In this document: positions 1 through 9,479 of the stretch, one piece after another | Layout of the letters: each line of letters starts with the position of its first letter | Numbering within the stretch: the first letter of the stretch is position 1 | Assembly: GCA_038150265.1 (NCBI GenBank) | Contig: JAYOTF010000024.1 | Location: forward strand, 1-50,147 | DNA: 50,147 nt | From: Deltaproteobacteria bacterium | GTDB taxonomy: Bacteria; SAR324; NAC60-12 | Direction of reading: 5' to 3' | The notes under the pieces: generated by a model | Told to the model about the DNA's origin: nothing | The model's database searches: none | What the model saw: only the letters and a program-made list of their open reading frames with translations | Program-made: the position numbers and the translations under genes

Positions 1-2777
1 GTTAGCGTTACATCGTTCAAGGGTCGGGATCCCAAACGGACGGTGAACAGCCCCGTCGTTCCAGATTCACTGGTCGTGTTATCTGAAACATAAAAGACGA
101 CGGTAGAATTGTCGTCATCCACATTGGTCACCTCAAACTCATAAGGCGGAACAATGACAGAGTCATTGTAGAACGGGTCGGTGGTCCAAGTCTCTGAAGA
201 GGGAACGCCATCCGACTGACGGAACACCTTGACCGAAACACGGACAGTCTGGTTATCATCATCAATCGAGTCATCCTGACCAAGGAGCGTGACCGTTTGA
301 GGAACATTCCAAAATGCTCGCCCAGGGTCGTTCTGCTTCCCTGAAAAAATCAACCGTTCCGGAGAGACACGCACTTCTTCTCGAGACGGCCCAACATTGT
401 TCGGCTCAGCGCTGAACTTCAGCACCACGATTTCGCCACCGCCTGCGGTACTGTTATCAGGCTGAGAATGCAGACGGACGGTAAAGGTGCCATTATCTGC
501 GCCGGACTCATCGGTCACGTTGTCAGACACGTTCACCAACAACTTGGCGCTATCGTTGTCCGCGTTTGTGAGGGTTAGATCATTAGGTGTTTCAGGTAGG
601 TAAGCAGGTAGTGAACCCGTATCAATGGCAAAACGGACTTGATAGGTCTCCGTGCCATCAATCAGCCAATCATCCTGACCAGCAACGGTAACCGTCTGCG
701 CATTGGTCAGATCTGCTGTCACAAAAGTCAGGGACACGTTATCGGAAAAAGCTGAGCCATTATCCAGCTTCGCTTCCAACCGTTCAATCGAGGTTCCCTC
801 GTCCGTAGGCACCACCCAAGCCCATACCTTGACCAAGGTATTGGGGGGAGGTGCTGCATTCAGGGCAACGGTAAAGCTTCCGTTGTCTCCGGACTCACTG
901 GTCGTGTTGTCCGGCAAAAGAACCAGGATCCCCACAACCTCGTCATCCTGGTTCGTTACTGTCTGCGAAGAAACAGAAACAGTTGAATAATCAAATTCTT
1001 GTGAATCCGCCGTTTGGCTGGGGGTCAGGGTGATAATGGCTGTCTGGTTGTCGTCTAGAATAACATCGTCCACTCGGGAAAGAACGACTGTTTGCGGAGT
1101 GGACCAAGTCGCGTTATCAAAACTCAGGCTTGCAGGACTCACCGTAACTTCAGTGGTATCGTTGCTTGAGACCGCTACTGAGACGGGATTGATGGGCTTG
1201 GATGTCAAACGGACGGTCAGGGACCCGTTGTCTCCGCTTTCATTGGTCACCAAATCAATCGCATCGACCAACAACCCAGCAGAATCGTTATCCGTATACG
1301 TCACCGTAACCGGTCCTGCTGAGAGTCCGGCGTAATTGGCATCTCCGGATGCGGTCAGCGAGAAATCAGCGACGCGATCGGTACCATGATCAACATCATT
1401 ATCAATGCCTGTGATCGTGACGGTTTGCGGGACCTTCCAACTCGAGGAGGTGAAGCGAAGCTGATCCACACTGGAAGTTCCGAGGCTCGCATTGTCATTG
1501 GAGATGGCAATGAGTACGTCCGACTCCGGTTGGGAGTCGAGAACCACGGTAAAGGTGCCTTGGCCTCCAGCTTCTGAAACCGTCAAGAGGGTGGAGGTAA
1601 CAGTGATCCCTTTGAGATCCAAGCCATCGTCAATATTGGTTGCCTGGACATCAGGGGGGTTTACACCGTCATAACCAGTACCCGTTTTTTCAATTTTTTT
1701 GATGATGATTTTGTATGAAACATTATTGCTATCACTGAAGTCATTTTGCCCCGTAACAGTAACCGTTTTAGCGGTACTGTAGTTACTAGGGGTAAAGGTC
1801 AATCGAGTGGTGCTGGTTCTTCCTTCAGAAGGGTCATTGCTGTAAAGCCCGATGACCACATCTGCTGAAGGCTCCGTATCCAAACGAACCGTAAATGTAT
1901 CAGTCGCCCCACTTTCATCCGTCAGGAGTGATCGATTTGGGATCACAACCGTCGGATTCTCGTTATCAATGACCGTTACCGGAATGTCACTCGGGTTGAC
2001 TCCATCATAAACCTTGCTATCACTGGTTATTTTTCCCGTCAGCACCTTAAAGGTGGTCGGTCCATCAGCAATACCTTCATCTGTTGGCGTGAGCGTAACC
2101 TGGGTGTAGTTGTCCCAGCTCAAATCCGTAAAAGAAATGCTGGAGGGGGAAACCGACAATTCAGTCACATCGCTGGAACTCAGTGGGACCGTTACATTGG
2201 TGCCATTGGGTTTGGAGCGCAAGCGGACGTAGACATTTTTCGGCGTTCCCTCAGTCACACTCAGGCTGGTAACCAGATTGGCAGCGTCACTGGCAGCATC
2301 CCGGACAATGAGGTCTGCTGTTTCATCGTCATAATTCGTCAGAATCAGGTCATTGACCGCAACGTTGGCATAACCAGCATCCTGAGAAGCAACAACAAAC
2401 TGGATCTTGTAGGTCTGAGCCCCGTCGGCAATCTGGTCGTCCTGACCACTGACGGTCACGGTTTGGTAGGTGTCCCAGGTGTCTGAGCTGAAGCTCAGGG
2501 CGGTTGGAGAAACCACGCCTTCTGCGGAGTTGGTGCTGGAGAGGGTCAGGCTGACAGGAAAAAGAGGCTTGGAGCCAAGGCGAACGCGGAAGGTGGTATT
2601 TTCGGACGCCTCCGAGGTGCTGCTTGAGGCCGGGGCCAGCACCTCAACGCCTGCGCTGCGAGGAGCTTCAAAGGAGGTGGCCTCCTGCGAATTGTCAACC
2701 GTCGTCCCCGAGTCACAGCCTGCAAGAGCGACCATCCCAGCGGCAAGGAGCAAGAACCAGCGAACTATCAAAACCAA
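1..2777 (-). CDS. Large surface lipoprotein with tandem ~110-145 aa Calx-beta/cadherin-like beta-sandwich repeats (partial, C-terminus beyond window start)
   Basis: Manual translation of the minus frame: TTG start at 2777 or 2771, (L)IVRWFLLLAAGMVALAG-C lipobox, then at least 7 full repeats plus part of an 8th with motifs like TxESGxxGxFTVRLxSxP, VSPxxLxF..W..PQTVTVxGxDD..DG, TNxDxD. Same frame still open at positions 3-60 (TTGLFTVRLGSRPLNDVTL). Missing from the ORF track because there is no stop in the window. Confidence 0.85.
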   Translation of the reverse strand, partial: MVLIVRWFLLLAAGMVALAGCDSGTTVDNSQEATSFEAPRSAGVEVLAPASSSTSEASENTTFRVRLGSKPLFPVSLTLSSTNSAEGVVSPTALSFSSDTWDTYQTVTVSGQDDQIADGAQTYKIQFVVASQDAGYANVAVNDLILTNYDDETADLIVRDAASDAANLVTSLSVTEGTPKNVYVRLRSKPNGTNVTVPLSSSDVTELSVSPSSISFTDLSWDNYTQVTLTPTDEGIADGPTTFKVLTGKITSDSKVYDGVNPSDIPVTVIDNENPTVVIPNRSLLTDESGATDTFTVRLDTEPSADVVIGLYSNDPSEGRTSTTRLTFTPSNYSTAKTVTVTGQNDFSDSNNVSYKIIIKKIEKTGTGYDGVNPPDVQATNIDDGLDLKGITVTSTLLTVSEAGGQGTFTVVLDSQPESDVLIAISNDNASLGTSSVDQLRFTSSSWKVPQTVTITGIDNDVDHGTDRVADFSLTASGDANYAGLSAGPVTVTYTDNDSAGLLVDAIDLVTNESGDNGSLTVRLTSKPINPVSVAVSSNDTTEVTVSPASLSFDNATWSTPQTVVLSRVDDVILDDNQTAIITLTPSQTADSQEFDYSTVSVSSQTVTNQDDEVVGILVLLPDNTTSESGDNGSFTVALNAAPPPNTLVKVWAWVVPTDEGTSIERLEAKLDNGSAFSDNVSLTFVTADLTNAQTVTVAGQDDWLIDGTETYQVRFAIDTGSLPAYLPETPNDLTLTNADNDSAKLLVNVSDNVTDESGADNGTFTVRLHSQPDNSTAGGGEIVVLKFSAEPNNVGPSREEVRVSPERLIFSGKQNDPGRAFWNVPQTVTLLGQDDSIDDDNQTVRVSVKVFRQSDGVPSSETWTTDPFYNDSVIVPPYEFEVTNVDDDNSTVVFYVSDNTTSESGTTGLFTVRLGSRPLNDVTL

Positions 2778-2969
2778 CTCACGTCATGGTGTTGCCTGAA
2801 GCGCTTGACCTGCTTCAGAGATTATTTGGGCACTCTACTATCAACTTAATACCTACAAGATGCAAGGTATCTTCCTGTTTCCCGAGGGCCCCAACGAGCC
2901 CATTCATCTGCTCGGAAAAAGTGGGGCCACCTTCCTGCGCAAAGAATCGTTTGGCAAGCGGCCTTCCAC

Positions 2970-2998
2970 TTGAACAAGTGGAAAAATTTCAGTACAGT
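2970..2998 (+). promoter_or_regulatory. Putative sigma70 promoter of fbp
   Basis: TTGAAC-N17-TACAGT about 90 nt upstream of the fbp ATG; motif match only. Confidence 0.35.
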
Positions 2999-3085
2999 TC
3001 CGCCATCTCGCTGTCACCTTCCCAATCGGCCGACCGCATCCAGATTCAGCCTCCGCTTCTGTAGACTTCAGCCCACACCTGCTTC

Positions 3086-4102
3086 ATGAATGACCCTCAC
3101 AGCACCGTCCGTCGGCTCTCTGCTCCAGTCGGCATCACCCTCGCTCGCTTCATTGCTCAGGAACAGCGACAGTTTCCCGATGCCCGAGGAGAGCTTTCTC
3201 AGCTCCTGGCAGACCTTTCCTTTGCCGCCAAGGTCATCAACCGCGACATCAACCGCGCGGGCCTGATCCATTTTGATGGGGGCATGGGGGAATCCAACGT
3301 TCAGGGTGAGGAGCAGATGAAGCTGGATGTCATCGCCGACACCCGTTTCATGCGCTCACTGAGGCGTGGCGGACAGGCCTGCTGCATCATCTCCGAAGAG
3401 ACGGAGGGAATGGTGGACACGGGCCACCACAACGCCTCCTACATTGTGGCCATTGATCCTCTGGATGGGTCAAGCAACATTGATGTCAATGTCGCCATTG
3501 GAACCATTTTTTCGATCTACCGGCGTCAGACCCCAACCGGGACTCCCCCCAGCCTGGAAGACGCGCTGCAGCCCGGAAGCGCCCAGGTGGCCAGCGGTTA
3601 CGTGCTCTACGGGTCCTCCACTGTGCTCGTTTACACCACCGGACGAGGCGTCAATGGCTTCACTTACGAGCCCTCTCTGGGCGAGTTCATTCTTTCGCAT
3701 CCGAGCATCCGGACTCCAGAGCACGGCAAAATCTACTCGGTCAACGAAGGCAACCGCCTCGACTTCCCCCAGCCCGTTCAGCAGTACCTGGAGCGCTGTC
3801 AGGAGCGCTCCTACTCGGGTCGCTACATCGGCTCCTTTGTTGCCGACTTCCACCGGAACCTCCTCAAGGGCGGGATCTACCTCTATCCTCCCACGACCAA
3901 GGCGCCCAAGGGGAAGCTGCGCCTCCAGTACGAGTGTGGGGCCCTCGCCTTCATTGCCGAACAGGCCGGAGGCTTGGCGACCAACGGGTACCAGCGCATT
4001 CTGGACCTTCAACCCGACCAGCTGCACCAGCGTTCCCCGCTCTACATCGGCTCTCCACAAATGGTCGAGGAGGTCCAGGCGCTCTTTGCGGCTCAGGCCT
4101 GA
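3086..4102 (+). CDS. fbp: Fructose-1,6-bisphosphatase class 1
   Basis: [59 protein letters not shown] motifs of FBPase I. Confidence 0.97.
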   Translation: MNDPHSTVRRLSAPVGITLARFIAQEQRQFPDARGELSQLLADLSFAAKVINRDINRAGLIHFDGGMGESNVQGEEQMKLDVIADTRFMRSLRRGGQACCIISEETEGMVDTGHHNASYIVAIDPLDGSSNIDVNVAIGTIFSIYRRQTPTGTPPSLEDALQPGSAQVASGYVLYGSSTVLVYTTGRGVNGFTYEPSLGEFILSHPSIRTPEHGKIYSVNEGNRLDFPQPVQQYLERCQERSYSGRYIGSFVADFHRNLLKGGIYLYPPTTKAPKGKLRLQYECGALAFIAEQAGGLATNGYQRILDLQPDQLHQRSPLYIGSPQMVEEVQALFAAQA

Positions 4103-4737
4103 ATATTGACCCGCTTGCCTTGATCCGCGACAACCTGGCTGTCTTGCGACTTCACCAGCCCGCCCATCTCGCGGATCATCTCAAACACGCCAAACATCAG
4201 CGTCTCCTTGCCGTTTTCCTCCATCATCTCGGCAAACGACCGGTGGATGCTCTCTGTCGACTCCATCAGCTGCGCAAACTCTGGTTGCTTCAGCAGCTCG
4301 AAGGCCCGCAGGTAGTGTTCCTCGTCGCCCATCAGGTCCTCCAGCTTGCCGCCGAGGTCCGACAGCTCGTCGAGCTTCAGGTTCTGATACTCCGGAAGCG
4401 CCTCAATCTGCTTGCGGGCAGCGCTGTTGAGTTCCTCAATCCGGCGATCAATTGTGGCCCCCAGCTGTTCGGCCGCCTCACCTGAGAGCCCACCACGTCG
4501 AGCCACGTTCTCGTAGCTGGAGATGACCATGCCGTAGGAACGGCGCACCGTCATCGTCGCGTGATGACTGCTCGCCGGGCGAATGTTGTTCAGTTCCGGG
4601 TTCGGCGGCATTTTTTGCTGCCCAATCTGAGGAGCCATGTCCTTCAGGTCGGGCTGCCCTCCGCCTTCCTTCGTTTTGGCCGATTCCGCCTCGTTCCGGC
4701 TAGGAGGGGCAGAGTTGGGAGAAGCTGTAATTTTCAT
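4093..4737 (-). CDS. Hypothetical protein (214 aa, helical, acidic)
   Basis: ATG preceded by GAGGA, host-like codon usage, fills the gap between fbp and pfaA; ends in GKRVNIQA. No family recognised with confidence. Confidence 0.75.
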   Translation of the reverse strand: MKITASPNSAPPSRNEAESAKTKEGGGQPDLKDMAPQIGQQKMPPNPELNNIRPASSHHATMTVRRSYGMVISSYENVARRGGLSGEAAEQLGATIDRRIEELNSAARKQIEALPEYQNLKLDELSDLGGKLEDLMGDEEHYLRAFELLKQPEFAQLMESTESIHRSFAEMMEENGKETLMFGVFEMIREMGGLVKSQDSQVVADQGKRVNIQA

Positions 4738-4853
4738 GAATCCTCGTCACAAACAAAATACCAAGTACGCGTTTTGGTCTGACTCTGGCAATACAAGATC
4801 CTAGCCATCCCGAATTCAGGTCCTCCCTGAAGCCTGCGGGATCGCGGAAAAAC

Positions 4854-4881
4854 TTGCACCCCTACCGGTTTGCTTTAGCAT
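4854..4881 (+). promoter_or_regulatory. Possible sigma70 promoter of the pfa operon
   Basis: TTGCAC-N16-TAGCAT in an AT-richer patch ~75 nt upstream of ATG 4956. Confidence 0.25.
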
Positions 4882-4955
4882 AAATTGTTTTTGGCCGTCT
4901 CCTCTTTCAGACACAGGCCACAGGCATTCTGGTGCATAGGAACTGTTCCAAGCTC

Positions 4956-7900
4956 ATGAAATCAGACACAAATCGACGCCTCCACGAAACCCCAATCGCC
5001 GTTGTCGGCATCTCCGCCCTGTTTCCGGAAGCCCCCGACCTCGAAAAATACTGGGACAACATCGTCCGCAAAGTGGACGCCATCACAGAGATCCCAGCGG
5101 ACCGCTGGAACGTCGATGACTACTACGACCGTGACAAAAGCGCTCCCGACAAGACCTACAGCCGTCGCGGAGGCTTCCTCCCTGAGGTCGACTTCGACCC
5201 CATGGACTTCGGCATCCCCCCCAACCTGCTGGAACAGACGGACTCTTCCCAGCTTTTGGGACTGCTCGTGGCGCGAGATGCCCTGGAAGACGCGGGTTAC
5301 GCCGACGCCTCGGAAGCCATCCGCGACCGCACCGGCGTGATCCTCGGCGTCACCGCCGGCATGAAGCTCCTGGGCTCCCTGACGGCCCGACTCCAGTACC
5401 CCGTCTGGGAAAAGGTCCTGCGGCAGTCCGGACTGAACGAAGCCGATACTGCGACGGTTATTGAAAAGATCAAAGCCGCCTACGTCCGCTGGGAAGAAGC
5501 GTCCTTCCCCGGACTCCTGGGCAACGTCATCTCCGGACGCATCGCCAACCGCCTTGACCTCGGTGGCACCAACTGCACCGTCGATGCCGCCTGTGGCAGC
5601 TCCCTGGCCGCCGTCAAAATGGCCGTGAGCGACCTCGTTGAGGGACGTGCCGACATGATGATCACGGGAGGAGTCGACACCGACAACTCCCCCTTCATGT
5701 ACATGTGCTTCAGCAAAACCCCAGCGTTTACCACCGAAGACCGCGTCCAGCCCTTTGACGAAAACTCCAAGGGCATCATGATCGGAGAAGGCCTCGGCAT
5801 GGTCGTGCTCAAGCGCCTTGAAGATGCTGAACGCGACGGCGATCACGTCTACGCGGTCATCAAGGGGCTGGGTTCCTCCAGCGACGGACGCTTCAAGAGC
5901 ATCTACGCCCCTCGAGCGGCCGGACAGGCCAAGTGCCTGCGTCGCGCCCATGAAGACGCGGGGGTCCATGCCTCCACCGTCACCCTCGTGGAAGCCCACG
6001 GCACCGGAACCAAGGCCGGCGATGCCACCGAATTCGACGGCCTGCAAACCGTTTACAGCGAAGCAGAAACCCCGCTCCAGAGCATCGCCATCGGCAGCGT
6101 CAAGTCTCAGATTGCTCACACCAAAGCCACTGCCGGAGCGGCGGGTCTCATCAAGGTTGCGCTGGCTCTGCACCACAAGGTGCTGCCCCCCATCATCAAC
6201 CTGGAAACGCCCAACCCGAACCTGAAGGTCGAGGAAACGCCTCTTTACCTCAACTCGGAAACTCGCCCCTGGATCACGGACGGCACTCCCCGACGCGCAG
6301 GCGTCAGTGCCTTTGGTTTTGGCGGCACCAACTTCCACTTCATCCTCGAAGAGCACCAGGCCCTTCACAAGGGGCCCTACCGCCTGCACCAAACGCCTCA
6401 GACGCTCCTGTTCGCCGCCGAGACTCCGGAGGCCCTCAAGCAAAAGATTGCCGCAGCCGCAGAGGCGCTCTCAGGTGAGCAGGCCCACACCACCTTTGTG
6501 GAGCAGGTCCAGCAGTCCCGGAACCCACTTCAGCCCACTCATGCTCGCCTGGGACTCGTCGCCGAGTCGGCTGACGAAGCAAGTGCAGCCTTGAAATCGG
6601 CTCTCGAGACCTTTGAGAAGAAAGCCGATGCGACCTCCTGGAGCGTCAAGGGGGTGACCTACCGGCAGTCCGGAATGGACCCCAAGGGCAAGGTCGTTGC
6701 GCTCTTCTCCGGACAAGGCTCCCAGTACCTCAACATGGGCCGAGAGCTGTTCACCAACTTCCCGCCTCCGCTTGAGGTCTATGGTCAACTCGACCGGCTG
6801 TTCAGCGAGTCCCAACAAAAACCGCTGTCGCAGATCGTCTTCCCGCCCCCGGCGTTCACCCCAGACACCCAGGCAGCGCAAGACGCCCAGTTGCAACTGA
6901 CTCAACACGCGCAACCCGGAATCGGAGGCGTCAGCGCCGGCCTCTTCAAGATCCTGACTGACGCTGGCTTCCAGCCGGACTTCACTGCCGGACACAGCTT
7001 TGGCGAACTCACGGCCCTGTGGGCCGCCGGCGTGTTCTCTGAAGCGGATTACTGCAAGCTCGCGTTTGCCCGGGGTCAGGCCATGAAGGCTCCGGAAGAC
7101 CCGAACTTTGAAGCAGGGACCATGATGGCCGTCATGGGCAAACTGGACCAGCTTGAAGACGACCTGAAGGCGTTTCCGGAAGTCGTCATGGCCAACCTGA
7201 ACTCTCCGAAGCAGGTGGTCGTTGCCGGTCCAACAGCCGCGGTCCAGGAGGCTCACGCGGCGCTCAAGGAGAAGAAGTACAACGCCGTCCTCCTCCCGGT
7301 TTCCGCCGCTTTCCACACCAAACTGGTGGGCCACGCGCAGAAGCCGTTTGCCGAAGCCATCCGCTCCGTCAAGTTCAACAAGCCCAGGGTTCCGGTTTAC
7401 TCAAATGCCACTTCCGAGGCGTACCCGAGCGATCCCAAGGCCATCCAGAAACGCCTTGAGGAGCACATCCTCAACTCGGTCCGGTTCCGGGAAGAGATTG
7501 AAAACATTCATGCGGCCGGCGGTCGCATCTTTGTTGAGTTTGGTCCCAAGAATGTGCTGACCAAGCTTGTTGAAGCCATCCTCGGTGGCCAGGAATTTAC
7601 GGCAATTGCTCTCAACGAGAACCCCAAGAAAGACAGCGATCGCCTGTTCCGTCAGGCGGTCACGGACCTGATGGTCCTCGGGCTTCCGCTTCAGGGCTAC
7701 GACCCTTATCCCTGGGAACGCCCCAAGCCCACCCGCAAACGGTCTCCGTTGACGCTGAAAATGACCGGCGCCAACTACGTCAGTGACGCGACTCGCAAGC
7801 GCTTCCAGGATGCCCTGAATGACGGCTTCCAGCTGTCTTCCGGAGGCTCCGGATCGTCCGGAAGCAATGGGCCATCAGGCTCGTCCGGTGGAACTCGTCC

Positions 7901-9458
7901 TGCCGTTGAGGCCCCGAAGCCTCAGCCGGTGGCACCACCGCAAGCCGCCCAGCCGAAAACCACATCGACACCAGCAAAACCGGCTCAGCCGGTCACTCCA
8001 CCTCCGCAAAAAACGATGAGCAACACCACCTCCTCTACAAGTGTCTCGGACCTGTATTACCAGCAACAGGCCACCCTGGCGGTTCATCAGCAGTACCTTC
8101 AGCAACAAGGCGAGTACTCTCGGACGGTTCTGCAGTTGCTCCAGCAACAGCTTCAGCTGGCTTCACAGGGCCAGACCATTCCGGATACCGTCGCCCAAAG
8201 CATGCAGTGGTTCCACGCTCACCAGGGAGAGACCCTGAAGGTCCACGAATTGTACCTGACTCAGCAGGCCGAACAGATGCGCACCCTCGCGGGCAGCGCT
8301 CCTGTCGTGGCGGCTCCCGCACTGGCTCCCGCTCCCGTCGCGGCGCCGGTTCCTCCAGCCAGGCCAGCCCCGAGCTTCACGCCTCCCGTGGCGCCTCCGA
8401 CTCCGGTCGCACCTCCTGTTGCGGCAGCACCTGCCGTTCCTCAGGCCGCCCCTGCCCAACCGGCTCCGGCAGCCCCTCAGGCGGCTCCTGTGCAACCGGC
8501 TCCTGCTGTTTCTCAGCCGGCACCGGCAGCCCCTGCCGCCACTCCCGTTGACGCCAACGCGGTTCTGCTGGACATCGTTGCCGACAAAACCGGTTACCCC
8601 AAGGAAATGCTGGAGCCCGAAATGGACCTCGAAGCCGACCTGGGCATTGACTCCATCAAGCGCGTTGAAATCCTCGGAACCGTTCAGGATCGCCTCCCGG
8701 ACATTCCCGGAATCCGCGGTGATGAAATGGGAGAGCTGCGCACCCTCGGACAGATCCAGGAATACCTCCAGGCCAAGGCTCCGGCAGCTGCAGCCCCAAG
8801 CCCTGCCGCATCTCCGGAACCGGCGGCTCCTCAAGCGGCTCCAGCCCCCCAACCGGCTGCCGCCTCGAATGCCGCAGACCCGGCTGAAGCCCTCCTTGCG
8901 GTCATCAGCGAAAAAACCGGCTACCCGGTGAACATGCTGGAAATGAGCATGGAACTGGAAGCGGACCTCGGAGTCGACTCCATCAAGCGCGTCGAGATCA
9001 TGTGGGCCATCCAGGAAAAATTCCCGCAGCTTCCGCAGCTGGACAACCAGGCCCTCGCAGAAATGCGTAGCCTCGGACAGATTGCCGATCACCTGAGCAC
9101 CCTGCTTCCGGCCACCAATGGGCACGCTCCCGTCAGTGACGCGCCGGCTTCATCGGTCATCAGTGCTGCTACCGTTGAAGACTCCCTGCTCACGGTCATC
9201 AGTGAAAAAACCGGCTACCCCAAGGAAATGCTGGAGCTGTCCATGGACCTCGAAGCCGACCTCGGGGTCGACTCCATCAAGCGCGTCGAGATCATGTGGG
9301 CCATCCAGGAAAAGCTTCCGGGCCTTCAGGAAGTCAACACCGGCGACCTGGGCGAGCTCCGGACCTTGCAGCAAATTGCCGACAAACTGGCCGCACACCT
9401 GCCCACTGCTCCGGTCGCCACCAGTGACCCTGCATCAGAGGTAAAAAAAAACTCCTGA
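4956..9458 (+). CDS. pfaA: PUFA-synthase-type polyketide synthase PfaA, N-terminal part (KS-MAT-ACP-ACP-ACP), 1500 aa
   Basis: KS: PIAVVG, VDAACGSS, EAHGTGT, GSVKSQIAHTK, SAFGFGGTN; AT: FSGQGSQY, GHSFGE, VSAAFHT; three ACPs DLG(I/V)DSIKRVEI separated by Pro/Ala linkers. ATG 4956 preferred over GTG 4932. Ends EVKKNS* just after an A9 run. Confidence 0.95.
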   Translation: MKSDTNRRLHETPIAVVGISALFPEAPDLEKYWDNIVRKVDAITEIPADRWNVDDYYDRDKSAPDKTYSRRGGFLPEVDFDPMDFGIPPNLLEQTDSSQLLGLLVARDALEDAGYADASEAIRDRTGVILGVTAGMKLLGSLTARLQYPVWEKVLRQSGLNEADTATVIEKIKAAYVRWEEASFPGLLGNVISGRIANRLDLGGTNCTVDAACGSSLAAVKMAVSDLVEGRADMMITGGVDTDNSPFMYMCFSKTPAFTTEDRVQPFDENSKGIMIGEGLGMVVLKRLEDAERDGDHVYAVIKGLGSSSDGRFKSIYAPRAAGQAKCLRRAHEDAGVHASTVTLVEAHGTGTKAGDATEFDGLQTVYSEAETPLQSIAIGSVKSQIAHTKATAGAAGLIKVALALHHKVLPPIINLETPNPNLKVEETPLYLNSETRPWITDGTPRRAGVSAFGFGGTNFHFILEEHQALHKGPYRLHQTPQTLLFAAETPEALKQKIAAAAEALSGEQAHTTFVEQVQQSRNPLQPTHARLGLVAESADEASAALKSALETFEKKADATSWSVKGVTYRQSGMDPKGKVVALFSGQGSQYLNMGRELFTNFPPPLEVYGQLDRLFSESQQKPLSQIVFPPPAFTPDTQAAQDAQLQLTQHAQPGIGGVSAGLFKILTDAGFQPDFTAGHSFGELTALWAAGVFSEADYCKLAFARGQAMKAPEDPNFEAGTMMAVMGKLDQLEDDLKAFPEVVMANLNSPKQVVVAGPTAAVQEAHAALKEKKYNAVLLPVSAAFHTKLVGHAQKPFAEAIRSVKFNKPRVPVYSNATSEAYPSDPKAIQKRLEEHILNSVRFREEIENIHAAGGRIFVEFGPKNVLTKLVEAILGGQEFTAIALNENPKKDSDRLFRQAVTDLMVLGLPLQGYDPYPWERPKPTRKRSPLTLKMTGANYVSDATRKRFQDALNDGFQLSSGGSGSSGSNGPSGSSGGTRPAVEAPKPQPVAPPQAAQPKTTSTPAKPAQPVTPPPQKTMSNTTSSTSVSDLYYQQQATLAVHQQYLQQQGEYSRTVLQLLQQQLQLASQGQTIPDTVAQSMQWFHAHQGETLKVHELYLTQQAEQMRTLAGSAPVVAAPALAPAPVAAPVPPARPAPSFTPPVAPPTPVAPPVAAAPAVPQAAPAQPAPAAPQAAPVQPAPAVSQPAPAAPAATPVDANAVLLDIVADKTGYPKEMLEPEMDLEADLGIDSIKRVEILGTVQDRLPDIPGIRGDEMGELRTLGQIQEYLQAKAPAAAAPSPAASPEPAAPQAAPAPQPAAASNAADPAEALLAVISEKTGYPVNMLEMSMELEADLGVDSIKRVEIMWAIQEKFPQLPQLDNQALAEMRSLGQIADHLSTLLPATNGHAPVSDAPASSVISAATVEDSLLTVISEKTGYPKEMLELSMDLEADLGVDSIKRVEIMWAIQEKLPGLQEVNTGDLGELRTLQQIADKLAAHLPTAPVATSDPASEVKKNS
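8973..9313 (+). repeat. 47-bp exact direct repeat shared by ACP2 and ACP3 coding sequences
   Basis: GTCGACTCCATCAAGCGCGTCGAGATCATGTGGGCCATCCAGGAAAA at 8973-9019 and 9267-9313. Confidence 0.9.
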
Positions 9459-9479
9459 GTGAGCCGGCGCCCTACTCGG
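9443..9479 (+). other. Candidate -1 recoding signal (A9 slippery run plus 3' hairpin) joining the two pfaA parts
   Basis: GTA AAA AAA AAC TCC TGA in frame 0 (A run 9443-9451); the -1 frame is open from 9428 to 11884; stem CUGAGU(G)AG 9455-9463 / CUACUCGG 9472-9479 follows. Confidence 0.6.

Noticed and set aside
703..3064. Short plus-strand ORFs in the first 3 kb
   Set aside because: Antisense shadows of the minus-strand lipoprotein or spanning its promoter region.
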